Source of the DNA: a virus
Lineage: Duplodnaviria > Caudoviricetes
Length of the DNA: 64,000 bases
Virus record (IMG/VR): IMGVR_UViG_3300010882_000012
Direction: 5' to 3' (one strand)
In this document: piece after piece, positions 9,976-18,518 of the stretch
Layout of the letters: each line of letters opens with the position of its first letter
How positions within the stretch are numbered: position 1 is the stretch's first letter
The notes under the pieces: model-generated
Told to the model about the DNA's origin: nothing
What the model saw: only the letters and a program-made list of their open reading frames with translations
The model's database searches: none
Made by a program: the position numbers and the translations under genes

Positions 9976-10359
9976 ATGGAAAGAAAAATTAAAAGTTTAG
10001 ATAATTACATCAATAGTGAAAAAGTTATTGCTGAATCTTCAATTAATGAATCAACTTCTTACAACAGAGTTGTAGAATGTGCAAGATTTTTTGACAATTT
10101 GATTTCCATAATAGATGTACCATCTGACTTTACAATAATTCAATTTACTGAAAGAGAAACGTATGGTCAAGTTTTACGAAATTGGGATATTGATAAAGAA
10201 GATCCTAGATTTAATGAAACAGTAAAAGCTGGAATTTACCTCTTATTAAGGGGTAGTTATCGAAAAATACTAGATTTGTTTACACCAACCGAATCTTTTA
10301 CAATTTCAGCTAGATCAAAAACAGAGTCTATCTTTTACTACAGTTTTGGTGAATTTTAA
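9976..10359 (+). CDS. Putative internal head protein (CTS-like N-terminus)
   Basis: KSLDNYINSE...SINE. Confidence 0.55.
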   Translation: MERKIKSLDNYINSEKVIAESSINESTSYNRVVECARFFDNLISIIDVPSDFTIIQFTERETYGQVLRNWDIDKEDPRFNETVKAGIYLLLRGSYRKILDLFTPTESFTISARSKTESIFYYSFGEF

Positions 10360-10373
10360 AAACTAAAACTAAG

Positions 10374-11297
10374 ATGAGATTGTTCTACTTTTTAAAACGT
10401 CTTAACAAGTGTCTTAAAGAAAATTATGGCACTAATGAGTTTAAATTGCTCCGCAAAAAAGTGTGGAGTGATTTTGTTTTCATGATATTCATGGGACTTT
10501 ATGCTTGGATTACATCGGTTTTGATTTGGTGGATTGCTGTTTTAAGAAGAAAAGCAGTACAGAAAAATTTCTATGAAGCTATTAATCCTAAGATTGAAAA
10601 TTGGCTTAGAGACAAGTTCATGCCACATCCATTAGATAGAAAATACCGAATGCTTGAAGTTGCTATGTGGACTAAAATTTCAAGTTCAGAAGCAATTAGA
10701 ACTTTAGAAGATGCAAAAAATCATATCCATTGGAGATTAACAGGAAATGCTTGGAGATATGAAAAAGATAATTTTACAGAAGATGAGAAATTATTAATGG
10801 CTGAATTAGCTTGTCATTTTGACTTTGATCATCTAAGAAAGTTGATAAAAGAAAGAATGAGTTTCATTAATTACAGAATGCTTTGTCATCTTTCTATGGA
10901 CAATATTGCAAATCCATATCCACAATACTTTATGCTACAAAAGTACAATAATAAATGGTGGTTGGCTTGTATTGCAGATTACGTTTTTAGAAATCCAAGA
11001 AATACCGGTTACTATTTAGGAGATAGATTTTTAACATGTGATTTAACCAATATGCCAATTCATGGATTTAAGAATGTTTATGGTAAAGTAGAAATAGAAG
11101 GAATAGGACAAAGAGAATTAGGTGAACAGTTTTATTACACCGACGATCAAAACTATTTTCATTATCAGTGTAATGATGAAAAAGAAAAGAATTGGTTTCA
11201 GTTTGGATTTGGATACTTAAAACCTAATCCGGAAAGAGCTAGACCATATTTGGGTACTTCAATTCGTAAAATAATTAACACACCAACATACTATTAA
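10374..11297 (+). CDS. Hypothetical protein with one predicted transmembrane helix
   Basis: Hydrophobic FVFMIFMGLYAWITSVLIWWIAVL followed by RRK; no CTS-like motif. Confidence 0.6.
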   Translation: MRLFYFLKRLNKCLKENYGTNEFKLLRKKVWSDFVFMIFMGLYAWITSVLIWWIAVLRRKAVQKNFYEAINPKIENWLRDKFMPHPLDRKYRMLEVAMWTKISSSEAIRTLEDAKNHIHWRLTGNAWRYEKDNFTEDEKLLMAELACHFDFDHLRKLIKERMSFINYRMLCHLSMDNIANPYPQYFMLQKYNNKWWLACIADYVFRNPRNTGYYLGDRFLTCDLTNMPIHGFKNVYGKVEIEGIGQRELGEQFYYTDDQNYFHYQCNDEKEKNWFQFGFGYLKPNPERARPYLGTSIRKIINTPTYY

Positions 11298-11298
11298 G

Positions 11299-11946
11299 AT
11301 GATAGAATTAAAAGGATTTCTAAGTTTTGATCAATTTTTAAATGAGAATTTAAAAACAGGTTCTTTATTTGTAGTTAGTTATGGAGGAAAATTTAGTCCG
11401 TTTCATTCAGGGCATTTTGAAATTTACGAAAAGATTTGCAAACAGTTTGGTAAGGATAATGTTTTTATTACAACATCCGATTTACCTGTAAAACCAGATC
11501 CTACAAAACATTTTTTAAATTTTGAAGAAAAATCTTCAATAATGACAAAGATGTTTAAAATTCCATCAAATCGAATTTTTAAAGTGAAGAACAATTATGC
11601 ACCTATGGAATTATTAAATCAATTTCCAGAAAGTACAATTTTCGTTACTGTTCTTGGACAAAAAGATGTAGAAAGATTAGTTAATGGGAAGTACTTTAAA
11701 TGGATGGCTAAAGAAGATGTTTTGGTAGCTAAAAATGGTTCTGATTTAAGTTGGTTACAAGGGTACAAAGAAAGTGGTTACGTTTGGATAGAAGAAAATT
11801 GGAATGTTAATTTAAGCGCTACTGAAATTAGAGAATTTTTTAGAAATCCGGCAAATTCTTTAGAAGATAAGGAAAGATTTTTTAAGAAAATCTATGGTAA
11901 GATGGATGCAGGTATTTTTAATATGCTGGATTCTAAGATAAAATGA
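11299..11946 (+). CDS. HIGH-motif (cytidylyl/adenylyl) nucleotidyltransferase with CTS-like N-terminus
   Basis: YGGKFSPFHSGH, GQKD, LSATEIR; N-terminal SFDQFLNE. Confidence 0.85.
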   Translation: MIELKGFLSFDQFLNENLKTGSLFVVSYGGKFSPFHSGHFEIYEKICKQFGKDNVFITTSDLPVKPDPTKHFLNFEEKSSIMTKMFKIPSNRIFKVKNNYAPMELLNQFPESTIFVTVLGQKDVERLVNGKYFKWMAKEDVLVAKNGSDLSWLQGYKESGYVWIEENWNVNLSATEIREFFRNPANSLEDKERFFKKIYGKMDAGIFNMLDSKIK

Positions 11947-12226
11947 AGATGAAATTTTAATAGGAGTTAAATCACTTTTTGAAAAAATTGGTAAAATTTG
12001 GTATACCACTAAAGATGGTATTGAACATATTTATTGGCCAGATTTTTTTATCCCAAAAATTAACACTATTATTGAAGTCAAAAGTACATGGACATATGAA
12101 CATAATAAAGAAATTACACACTTAAAAAAGCAAGCTTGTATAGATTTAGGATTTAATCATGAAGTTTGGTTAGTACAAAGAAAAAAGAAAAATGATGATA
12201 ATACTAAAAGGATTAAAATCTTTTGA
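11945..12226 (+). pseudogene. Start-less remnant of a PD-(D/E)xK homing-endonuclease domain; not in ORF track
   Basis: Frame reads HIYWPDFFIPKINTIIEVKSTWT...KKQACIDLGF, homologous to the C-terminus of 29601-30644; in-frame TAA just upstream. Confidence 0.75.
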
Positions 12227-13493
12227 TCAATTTTTGAATGAAAAAATTAAAGAATCATTAGTAATTTCATATGATTTTAAAACAATGGCAGATTTAAATG
12301 GTGGTGCTTTTGGTCATCTATCTCATCTTTATGAAGATTTAGACCTTACTTTTGGAGATTTAAAAGAAATTGTTGAGGCAGGTTTAAGGGGTGAACTTAA
12401 TGAAATAGTGGAAAAGACTGATGGTCAGGCTCTTAGTTTATCATTTAAAGATGGTAGAATTATCTATGCTCGTAATAAAGGACAGTTTAAAAATTTTGGT
12501 GCTAATGCACTTGATTCTAAAGGAATTAAAGAAATGTTTGCTGGTAGAGGAACTTTGTCAGAAGCCTACAATTTTGCCATAGATGATTTAGAATCAGCAC
12601 TATTAAAATTACCAACAAAAGAACTTAATGCCATTTTTAATGAAGGTGAAAAATTCATGCATTTAGAAGTGATGTACACTAGAAATCAGGTTACAGTTCC
12701 TTATGGTGCTGAACTACTTGTTTTTCATAATGTTAGTACCTATGATAAAGATGGTGAATTAATGGTACAAGATAGAAAATCGGCAGACAAACTTGCTAAG
12801 ATGATAAAGGATGTGAATGCAGAAGTTCAAAAAACTTTTAAAATTCAAGGTAGTCCTTACGTAGACATGAAAGTAATTGATGATTTTGACAAAAAGAAAT
12901 CTGAATTTTTCAAGAAAATTAACGAGATAGAAAAGAAAGTAGGTTTAATTGATACAAGTACTTTAGGAGATTACTATGAGCAAGAATTTGAGAAAGTTCT
13001 TAAAAAAGAGAGACCTGGACTTAATGAAATAGAAAGAATAGGTTTGGTAAGAAGATGGGTTAGAGAGGACAAAAGTTTCAGATTAGACAAAAGCAATTTA
13101 GAACTTGAAAATATCGAATGGGCTAAAGATTTTGAGAAGAGTAAAGTTCTTAATACTATTAAAGAGATTAGAAAACCAATCGAATTATTTTCAATAGAGT
13201 TAGGAATTGAAATTATTAAGAATATCAAAACTTTTTTAACGGTTAATCCAGACCAAGCCACTGAAAGTATTAAACGAGAATTGGACAAAGCAATTAATGA
13301 TATTAAATCAGGCGGAGATGAATCAGCAATTAACAAAATGGAAAGACATCTAGAACGATTACAATCATTTGGAATGGACCAAATCTTTCCAACAGAGGGT
13401 GTAATTTTTCAAAGAGGAAACCAATTGTACAAACTCACAGGTACTTTTGCAGATGTACATCACATCATAGGAATTTTAAAATTTGGAAGATAA
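12192..13493 (+). CDS. Ligase-fold nucleotidyltransferase-like protein (DUF6267-like) with CTS-like N-terminus
   Basis: GGAFGHLSHLYED, EKTDG (motif I KxDG), EGVIF (IV), YKLTG (V); N-terminal SFDQFLNE. Confidence 0.7.
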   Translation: MMIILKGLKSFDQFLNEKIKESLVISYDFKTMADLNGGAFGHLSHLYEDLDLTFGDLKEIVEAGLRGELNEIVEKTDGQALSLSFKDGRIIYARNKGQFKNFGANALDSKGIKEMFAGRGTLSEAYNFAIDDLESALLKLPTKELNAIFNEGEKFMHLEVMYTRNQVTVPYGAELLVFHNVSTYDKDGELMVQDRKSADKLAKMIKDVNAEVQKTFKIQGSPYVDMKVIDDFDKKKSEFFKKINEIEKKVGLIDTSTLGDYYEQEFEKVLKKERPGLNEIERIGLVRRWVREDKSFRLDKSNLELENIEWAKDFEKSKVLNTIKEIRKPIELFSIELGIEIIKNIKTFLTVNPDQATESIKRELDKAINDIKSGGDESAINKMERHLERLQSFGMDQIFPTEGVIFQRGNQLYKLTGTFADVHHIIGILKFGR

Positions 13494-13909
13494 TGAAGCA
13501 GAGAATATCAAACACACTAGAACAGTTTATCAATGAAAATGTTGAGTACAGATTTATTGGAGATGATAACAAACCTATGGAACCATCAAAAGAGGTAGAA
13601 AAATTTAAAATACCACAAGATCCAATTACGGTTGCTAAAGTAACAGGTCACTATGGAAAAATGAGTACAAGAGATTATGCTTATGTTGAAGTTACTTTTT
13701 CAAATGGACAAGTATATTCTTTAGTTGTTGATCCTCCTAAAAAAGAAAAGTACAGAGTAAGAATTGATCATAGAACAGAAAGTGGACAAACTTGGCAATA
13801 TCCAATTGCAGGCGATGATTACCTCAACATGATGAAAAAGTATGATGAAGATATTGTTTACGTTGCAACACTTTTAATTGCCCAAAAGTTTTTTAAAATG
13901 AAGATTTAG
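13493..13909 (+). CDS. Putative internal head protein (CTS-like N-terminus)
   Basis: TLEQFINE. Confidence 0.6.
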   Translation: MKQRISNTLEQFINENVEYRFIGDDNKPMEPSKEVEKFKIPQDPITVAKVTGHYGKMSTRDYAYVEVTFSNGQVYSLVVDPPKKEKYRVRIDHRTESGQTWQYPIAGDDYLNMMKKYDEDIVYVATLLIAQKFFKMKI

Positions 13910-13911
13910 AG

Positions 13912-14340
13912 ATGGAACAAAGAATACCATTATTTGAGGATTTTATCATAGAAGCAGATTTTTCTTGGAATGTTGATGATGTTTTAAAAACAGTTCAAGA
14001 ATGTTTGCCTAATTTAGAAAAAAGAATTTTAAAGACTTTCAATAGAAACGTAAAATTGGAAGCAACATATGAACAACAAAGTCATCAAATTAGAATTAAA
14101 TCCGGTTTTCTTTTGGCGCCAAAATCTGAAATAGGACAATCATATGATGTTTACGAATACTATTTTTGGTTTGGTAGAATAGTTGATTCCCCAAAACATC
14201 CCGAATTAACATGGAAACCAACTTTAAAATCAAAAGCAAAAGAAGGATATTCTGGAATGCAATCTACTGATGTATTCTGGAAAGAGATAACACTAAACTT
14301 TGAAACACAGAAATGGTCTTTTAAAGGTAGAGTAGATTAG
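13912..14340 (+). CDS. Putative internal head protein (CTS-like N-terminus)
   Basis: PLFEDFIIE. Confidence 0.6.
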   Translation: MEQRIPLFEDFIIEADFSWNVDDVLKTVQECLPNLEKRILKTFNRNVKLEATYEQQSHQIRIKSGFLLAPKSEIGQSYDVYEYYFWFGRIVDSPKHPELTWKPTLKSKAKEGYSGMQSTDVFWKEITLNFETQKWSFKGRVD

Positions 14341-14360
14341 GAGATAAAATTAGAGAAAAA

Positions 14361-15446
14361 ATGTTAGCACAATTAAAGAGCTATTTTGAGGAAAATGGTA
14401 AAGAAAAAACTATTAACCTCTTGAAAAAGTACACTACAATTACAGAGAAAATTAATGCGCATAGAGTGTACTGTAAAAAGGAAAAAACAGGAAACATCTT
14501 GTTTTATTCCAAAAAGAAATCAAGCCCGATTACAATTTTAGATCGAATTACAACAGATCTTTACGAACCATTCATTAAGCACATCATCAGTAAAAAAGAC
14601 AAGTTGCAAATTGGTGAACATGGTTTTTACTTTATTAAGGATGATATTGATGTAGAGTATTCACAGAAACCGCAAAATTTTCTGTTAATTACCGATATCC
14701 CATTTAAAACAGGAAAAACTATTGTAGAAATTGCAATAGAGTTAGATGTTTCCTATGCACCACCTGTTTTCAAAGGAATTCTTAATGATGTAGCAGCCGA
14801 GAAAATCATTGAATATCTTGAAAATGAACACAATGAACAATCTCTTTTATTATTGTTTAACATGTTGTTTGATAAAAATTGTTCCATGTTTTTTGAAGAA
14901 GATGGAATAGTTGAAGGTTTTGTTTTCAACTTTAAAGAAGAGGGGACTTTTAGTTTGTATGATGATAATTTTGTGAAAAAAGAATTTCAGAAATTAAACA
15001 CAGCAAGTTACGAATTACTTGTTATTGAGATTTTTGAGTTTATCAAACAACAAGATTTTTCAACTGTTAAAATGCACAGTAAAAATACTGAAATTAAAAA
15101 AGCAGAATTCATCTTTGAAGTTTTCAACCGATTTGTCGAACAGACTGAAAATCTTGAAAATTACTTGCTTAATGAACCTGAATTTCTTAGTATGAAAGGT
15201 AAAGTAAATCGCAGGTACATTAACAACCAAAAGACTATTGACTTGATTTCTAAGAACAAAAAGTTAGAATACTTGCTTAGAGTTTTTATTACAGCTATCA
15301 AAGATGTGCAAAAATCGCGCGGCGTAATTTCTCAAGATTTAGCAGAAGAACACAACTACATCATACTAAAAATTAATGACTACATCCGAAACTCTGAAAA
15401 TCTTCTTGATTTTGAGAATTTTCGCAAGTTTTCACAAGAAATCTAA
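14361..15446 (+). CDS. Degenerate RNA-ligase-like (Rnl2-fold) protein
   Basis: TEKINA (cf. TEKxDG), PPVFKG, VEGFVF. Confidence 0.45.
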   Translation: MLAQLKSYFEENGKEKTINLLKKYTTITEKINAHRVYCKKEKTGNILFYSKKKSSPITILDRITTDLYEPFIKHIISKKDKLQIGEHGFYFIKDDIDVEYSQKPQNFLLITDIPFKTGKTIVEIAIELDVSYAPPVFKGILNDVAAEKIIEYLENEHNEQSLLLLFNMLFDKNCSMFFEEDGIVEGFVFNFKEEGTFSLYDDNFVKKEFQKLNTASYELLVIEIFEFIKQQDFSTVKMHSKNTEIKKAEFIFEVFNRFVEQTENLENYLLNEPEFLSMKGKVNRRYINNQKTIDLISKNKKLEYLLRVFITAIKDVQKSRGVISQDLAEEHNYIILKINDYIRNSENLLDFENFRKFSQEI

Positions 15447-15453
15447 GAGTGTC

Positions 15454-15479
15454 AAAATAATTCGGAATAAATAGTGAAA
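15454..15479 (+). promoter_or_regulatory. Putative late promoter
   Basis: AAAATAATTCGGAATAAATAGTGAAA. Confidence 0.75.
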
Positions 15480-15508
15480 GATAGTCAAAACTAAAAAGAT
15501 TTTAGCAT

Positions 15509-17173
15509 ATGAAATTTCCAACATACATCATTAATGAGGGTAAATTGGTTACAGTAAAAAGAAGATACACTGATAATCATCCCGAACAAAAAGTTGCAGC
15601 AATTACACCAGTAAGAGAAAAAGTTCTTGCTTTTGTAGGAGAAAGAGGTAGAGTATCAAAATCTGAGTTTGTTGAATTTCTAAGAGGATTTAATGAAGAA
15701 GCAGGTAGAAACACAACTTTTGCATGGGTTAGAAAAAACAAACATCTTTTTGATACTGTTAGAGAATCGGGTTCTGGTGAATTACAATTCAGACTTTCAA
15801 AATTTGGAAAAAGAGTTCTTGAAAAAACTAAGATTAATGAGTCAGTTGATACAGAACAAATGCTTAATGAAGACTACACAGATTCTCTTATCAAGTTGAC
15901 AGCCAAGAAATTGGGTGCCGATTTAACACCTTATGATTTGAAACAAGTAAAGATAGGTATGGCAGTAGAATTAAAACATGGTACCAAATTTGGTGATGTT
16001 TCTAATATCACAAAAGATGATCCGGAATTGACAATGAAGTTAGTTCTTGGAAATCTCATGGTAAATCCGAAATATTACACAGATCCAAAACCTGAAGATT
16101 GGGGTGAAATTGAAACTGAAATGGATAGAAAGGGAAGTGTTGAAAAAGCAGCAGAAGATAATGAAGAGGAAGTAGAACTTGAAGAACCGGATGAAATTGA
16201 AATCAAGTTAGATGATGATAAACAGAAAGACAATAAAGAGGTAGATAATCCAGAAAACAAAGAAGGTGAAAAGAAAGAAACCGAGGGTGAGAAAAAAGAG
16301 GAAGAAACAAAGGGTGAAACATCTGATGAAAAGCCAGCAGAAAGTAGTGAAATTTCTCCTGATGAAAAGAAGAAAAAGATGGTTGAGTTTTTACAAAAAG
16401 TAATTGATGAAGGAATAACAGGCGATGCTTTTGTTTCGAAATTAACTTTACTTGCTAAAGAACTTAATATGGAGTATGATGACCTTAAAAAAGAAATCTA
16501 TGGAATTGGTTTCAAAGCTATTAAGGAAGATAGTGTAGATGTTAATATTGAAGATTTGTCAGATGAAGCACAAGAAAAAATGGAAAAGAAAATCGGTGAT
16601 GAAGTACAATTAACAGATGATTTAATTCAAACTTTAGCAAAAGAAGCAGGAATTGAAGAAAAGCTAGTTAGAAGATTTTTCTATGAAGCAGCTAAATTAC
16701 AGTTAGCAAAACAAAAACTAACTAAAGATGAAAGTGAAATTAATGCAGCAGACATGCCGGAAGATTTAAAAAAGAAAGAACAAGTGAAAGAGTCAACTAC
16801 AGGATTTTTAACAACAGATGCAATAGACAAAAACACACCTGATAAATTAGGAAAGTACAATACTAAGAAAATGTTAACACTTGATGATTTTCTTGCTAAC
16901 AGAATGATACAACCGGCAAATGAAAGTGAACTTAATGAAGCTAAAGCACAACTTTGGACTTATTATGCACGCCATAATCCTCAATTAGGAGTTTACTACA
17001 AATTCTACAAAGAACCTCTTTCAGCAGCTGAATTTAAAAGAAAAGAAAAAGCAGGTTTAACAGGATATGGAAGTAATTATTATTACAGTTTTGCAACAAA
17101 AGAAGAGTTAGAAGCTGAATTTGCAAAATTAGAAGCAAAAGGAGAAAGAGTAAGCTGGACAAATCTTCTCTAA
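15509..17173 (+). CDS. Multidomain acidic putative virion protein with DUF5661-like segment
   Basis: GMAVELKH...NPKYYT segment; Glu-rich linker; many INE/LNE/VKE sites. Confidence 0.55.
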   Translation: MKFPTYIINEGKLVTVKRRYTDNHPEQKVAAITPVREKVLAFVGERGRVSKSEFVEFLRGFNEEAGRNTTFAWVRKNKHLFDTVRESGSGELQFRLSKFGKRVLEKTKINESVDTEQMLNEDYTDSLIKLTAKKLGADLTPYDLKQVKIGMAVELKHGTKFGDVSNITKDDPELTMKLVLGNLMVNPKYYTDPKPEDWGEIETEMDRKGSVEKAAEDNEEEVELEEPDEIEIKLDDDKQKDNKEVDNPENKEGEKKETEGEKKEEETKGETSDEKPAESSEISPDEKKKKMVEFLQKVIDEGITGDAFVSKLTLLAKELNMEYDDLKKEIYGIGFKAIKEDSVDVNIEDLSDEAQEKMEKKIGDEVQLTDDLIQTLAKEAGIEEKLVRRFFYEAAKLQLAKQKLTKDESEINAADMPEDLKKKEQVKESTTGFLTTDAIDKNTPDKLGKYNTKKMLTLDDFLANRMIQPANESELNEAKAQLWTYYARHNPQLGVYYKFYKEPLSAAEFKRKEKAGLTGYGSNYYYSFATKEELEAEFAKLEAKGERVSWTNLL

Positions 17174-17187
17174 AAACTAAAACAATA

Positions 17188-17403
17188 ATGAAAAGAATTC
17201 CATTATTTGAAGAGTTTATTGCAGCAGGTGGTGCCAATGTAGGTGCAACACCACAGAATACACCAGGTATGGGTAATGTTCGTGTAGGAACTATTGCCGG
17301 TGGTGCAGAATCTTTCCATAATGGAACTCCAGGAAGCGGAGATATTTTAGGAATGGGAAGTAGTTTTAGAAATCGAAAAAAGCGTAAAAAACGTCGTTCA
17401 TAA
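17188..17403 (+). CDS. Small Gly-rich protein with CTS-like N-terminus and basic tail
   Basis: PLFEEFIA, NTPGMGNV, RNRKKRKKRRS. Confidence 0.65.
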   Translation: MKRIPLFEEFIAAGGANVGATPQNTPGMGNVRVGTIAGGAESFHNGTPGSGDILGMGSSFRNRKKRKKRRS

Positions 17404-17434
17404 TAGGAGATTAAAGAATGAAAGAAATGTTAAG

Positions 17435-17460
17435 AAGTTGCAATTTTTTGCGACTTTTTT
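17435..17460 (+). terminator. Rho-independent terminator closing the late operon
   Basis: AAGTTGCA/TGCGACTT stem plus T run. Confidence 0.7.
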
Positions 17461-17473
17461 CATCCCCAAAATC

Positions 17474-17502
17474 AAAACTTTTTCTAGATTCGTAGTACAA
17501 AT
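17474..17502 (+). promoter_or_regulatory. Putative middle-class promoter
   Basis: AAAACTTTT-N13-TACAAAT. Confidence 0.6.
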
Positions 17503-17528
17503 TTAAAACTAAAAAGATTAAAATTTTA

Positions 17529-18242
17529 ATGAAGGATTATCCAGTTTTAAAGTACAAATTAAGAACAGAAAATGCCTATCATCCAGTTAGAGGAACAAAA
17601 GGAAGTTCCGGTTTGGATGTTTTTTCACCAATTGACATTATTGTACCAGCACGCCAAGATGCTTTAATTCCAACAGATTTAAGTTTTGATATTCCATTTG
17701 GTTGGGATTTGGCTGTTTACAATAAATCTGGTATTGCCACTAAGAAAAAACTCTTTAAGGGTGCCGAACTCATTGATACAGACTATGTTGGTAATTGTCA
17801 TATCCACTTTTTTAACCATTCAGATGTTGATGTTGAAATTAAGAAAGGAGATAAAATCGGACAACTTGTAATGAGAGAAGTTTGGATGGGTGAGTTACAA
17901 CAAGTAGATGAAATTGTAAAAGATACAGAAAGAGGCGAAGGCGCTTTTGGTTCAACAGATAAACAAAAAGAAGTTGAATTTAAACCGGTAGATGATGAAG
18001 ATTTTGGACATGCCGGTTGTTGGAAGTGTGGTAAAAGTATTGAGTTCACAAGAGATGATATTGAACAATACAGTGCGCTTATTCCATACATCATTTGTCC
18101 TGAATGTAATGCTAAAATAGACGTTTCTAATGAGTACATGGAATACTTAAAATCAAGAGATGTTGTAATTGAAGAACAAAAGAAATTTCTTGAAAATCAC
18201 AAGAAAGCACAAAAAGAACACGAAGAAAAATTTAAAGCATAG
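17529..18242 (+). CDS. dut: Trimeric dUTPase with C-terminal Zn-ribbon extension
   Basis: SSGLDV, KSG, LIDTDYVG, GDKIGQL, RGEGAFGST; then CWKC...CPEC. Confidence 0.9.
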   Translation: MKDYPVLKYKLRTENAYHPVRGTKGSSGLDVFSPIDIIVPARQDALIPTDLSFDIPFGWDLAVYNKSGIATKKKLFKGAELIDTDYVGNCHIHFFNHSDVDVEIKKGDKIGQLVMREVWMGELQQVDEIVKDTERGEGAFGSTDKQKEVEFKPVDDEDFGHAGCWKCGKSIEFTRDDIEQYSALIPYIICPECNAKIDVSNEYMEYLKSRDVVIEEQKKFLENHKKAQKEHEEKFKA

Positions 18243-18244
18243 AG

Positions 18245-18517
18245 ATGAGTCAAAATTTAAACGCCCAACAAATGGGAATGATGGGACAACAGTTACCATG
18301 GCATAAAGCCACAACAATAGAATGCAAATGCGGCAACAAGTTTTTTACGGAAGTTTTCTTGATGAAAAAATTTCCAAAGACTATCATAGAAACACCAGGC
18401 GAGATGAAATTTCCTGAAGATCAAATAGTACCAATTGCAGTACTTTCTTGTAGTAAATGTGGTGAAATTCAAAAGGACATGCTACCAAAGCAAGTTCAAG
18501 AAACAATAGGTTTGTAG
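18245..18517 (+). CDS. Small Zn-binding hypothetical protein
   Basis: CKCG...CSKCG. Confidence 0.65.
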   Translation: MSQNLNAQQMGMMGQQLPWHKATTIECKCGNKFFTEVFLMKKFPKTIIETPGEMKFPEDQIVPIAVLSCSKCGEIQKDMLPKQVQETIGL

Positions 18518-18518
18518 T

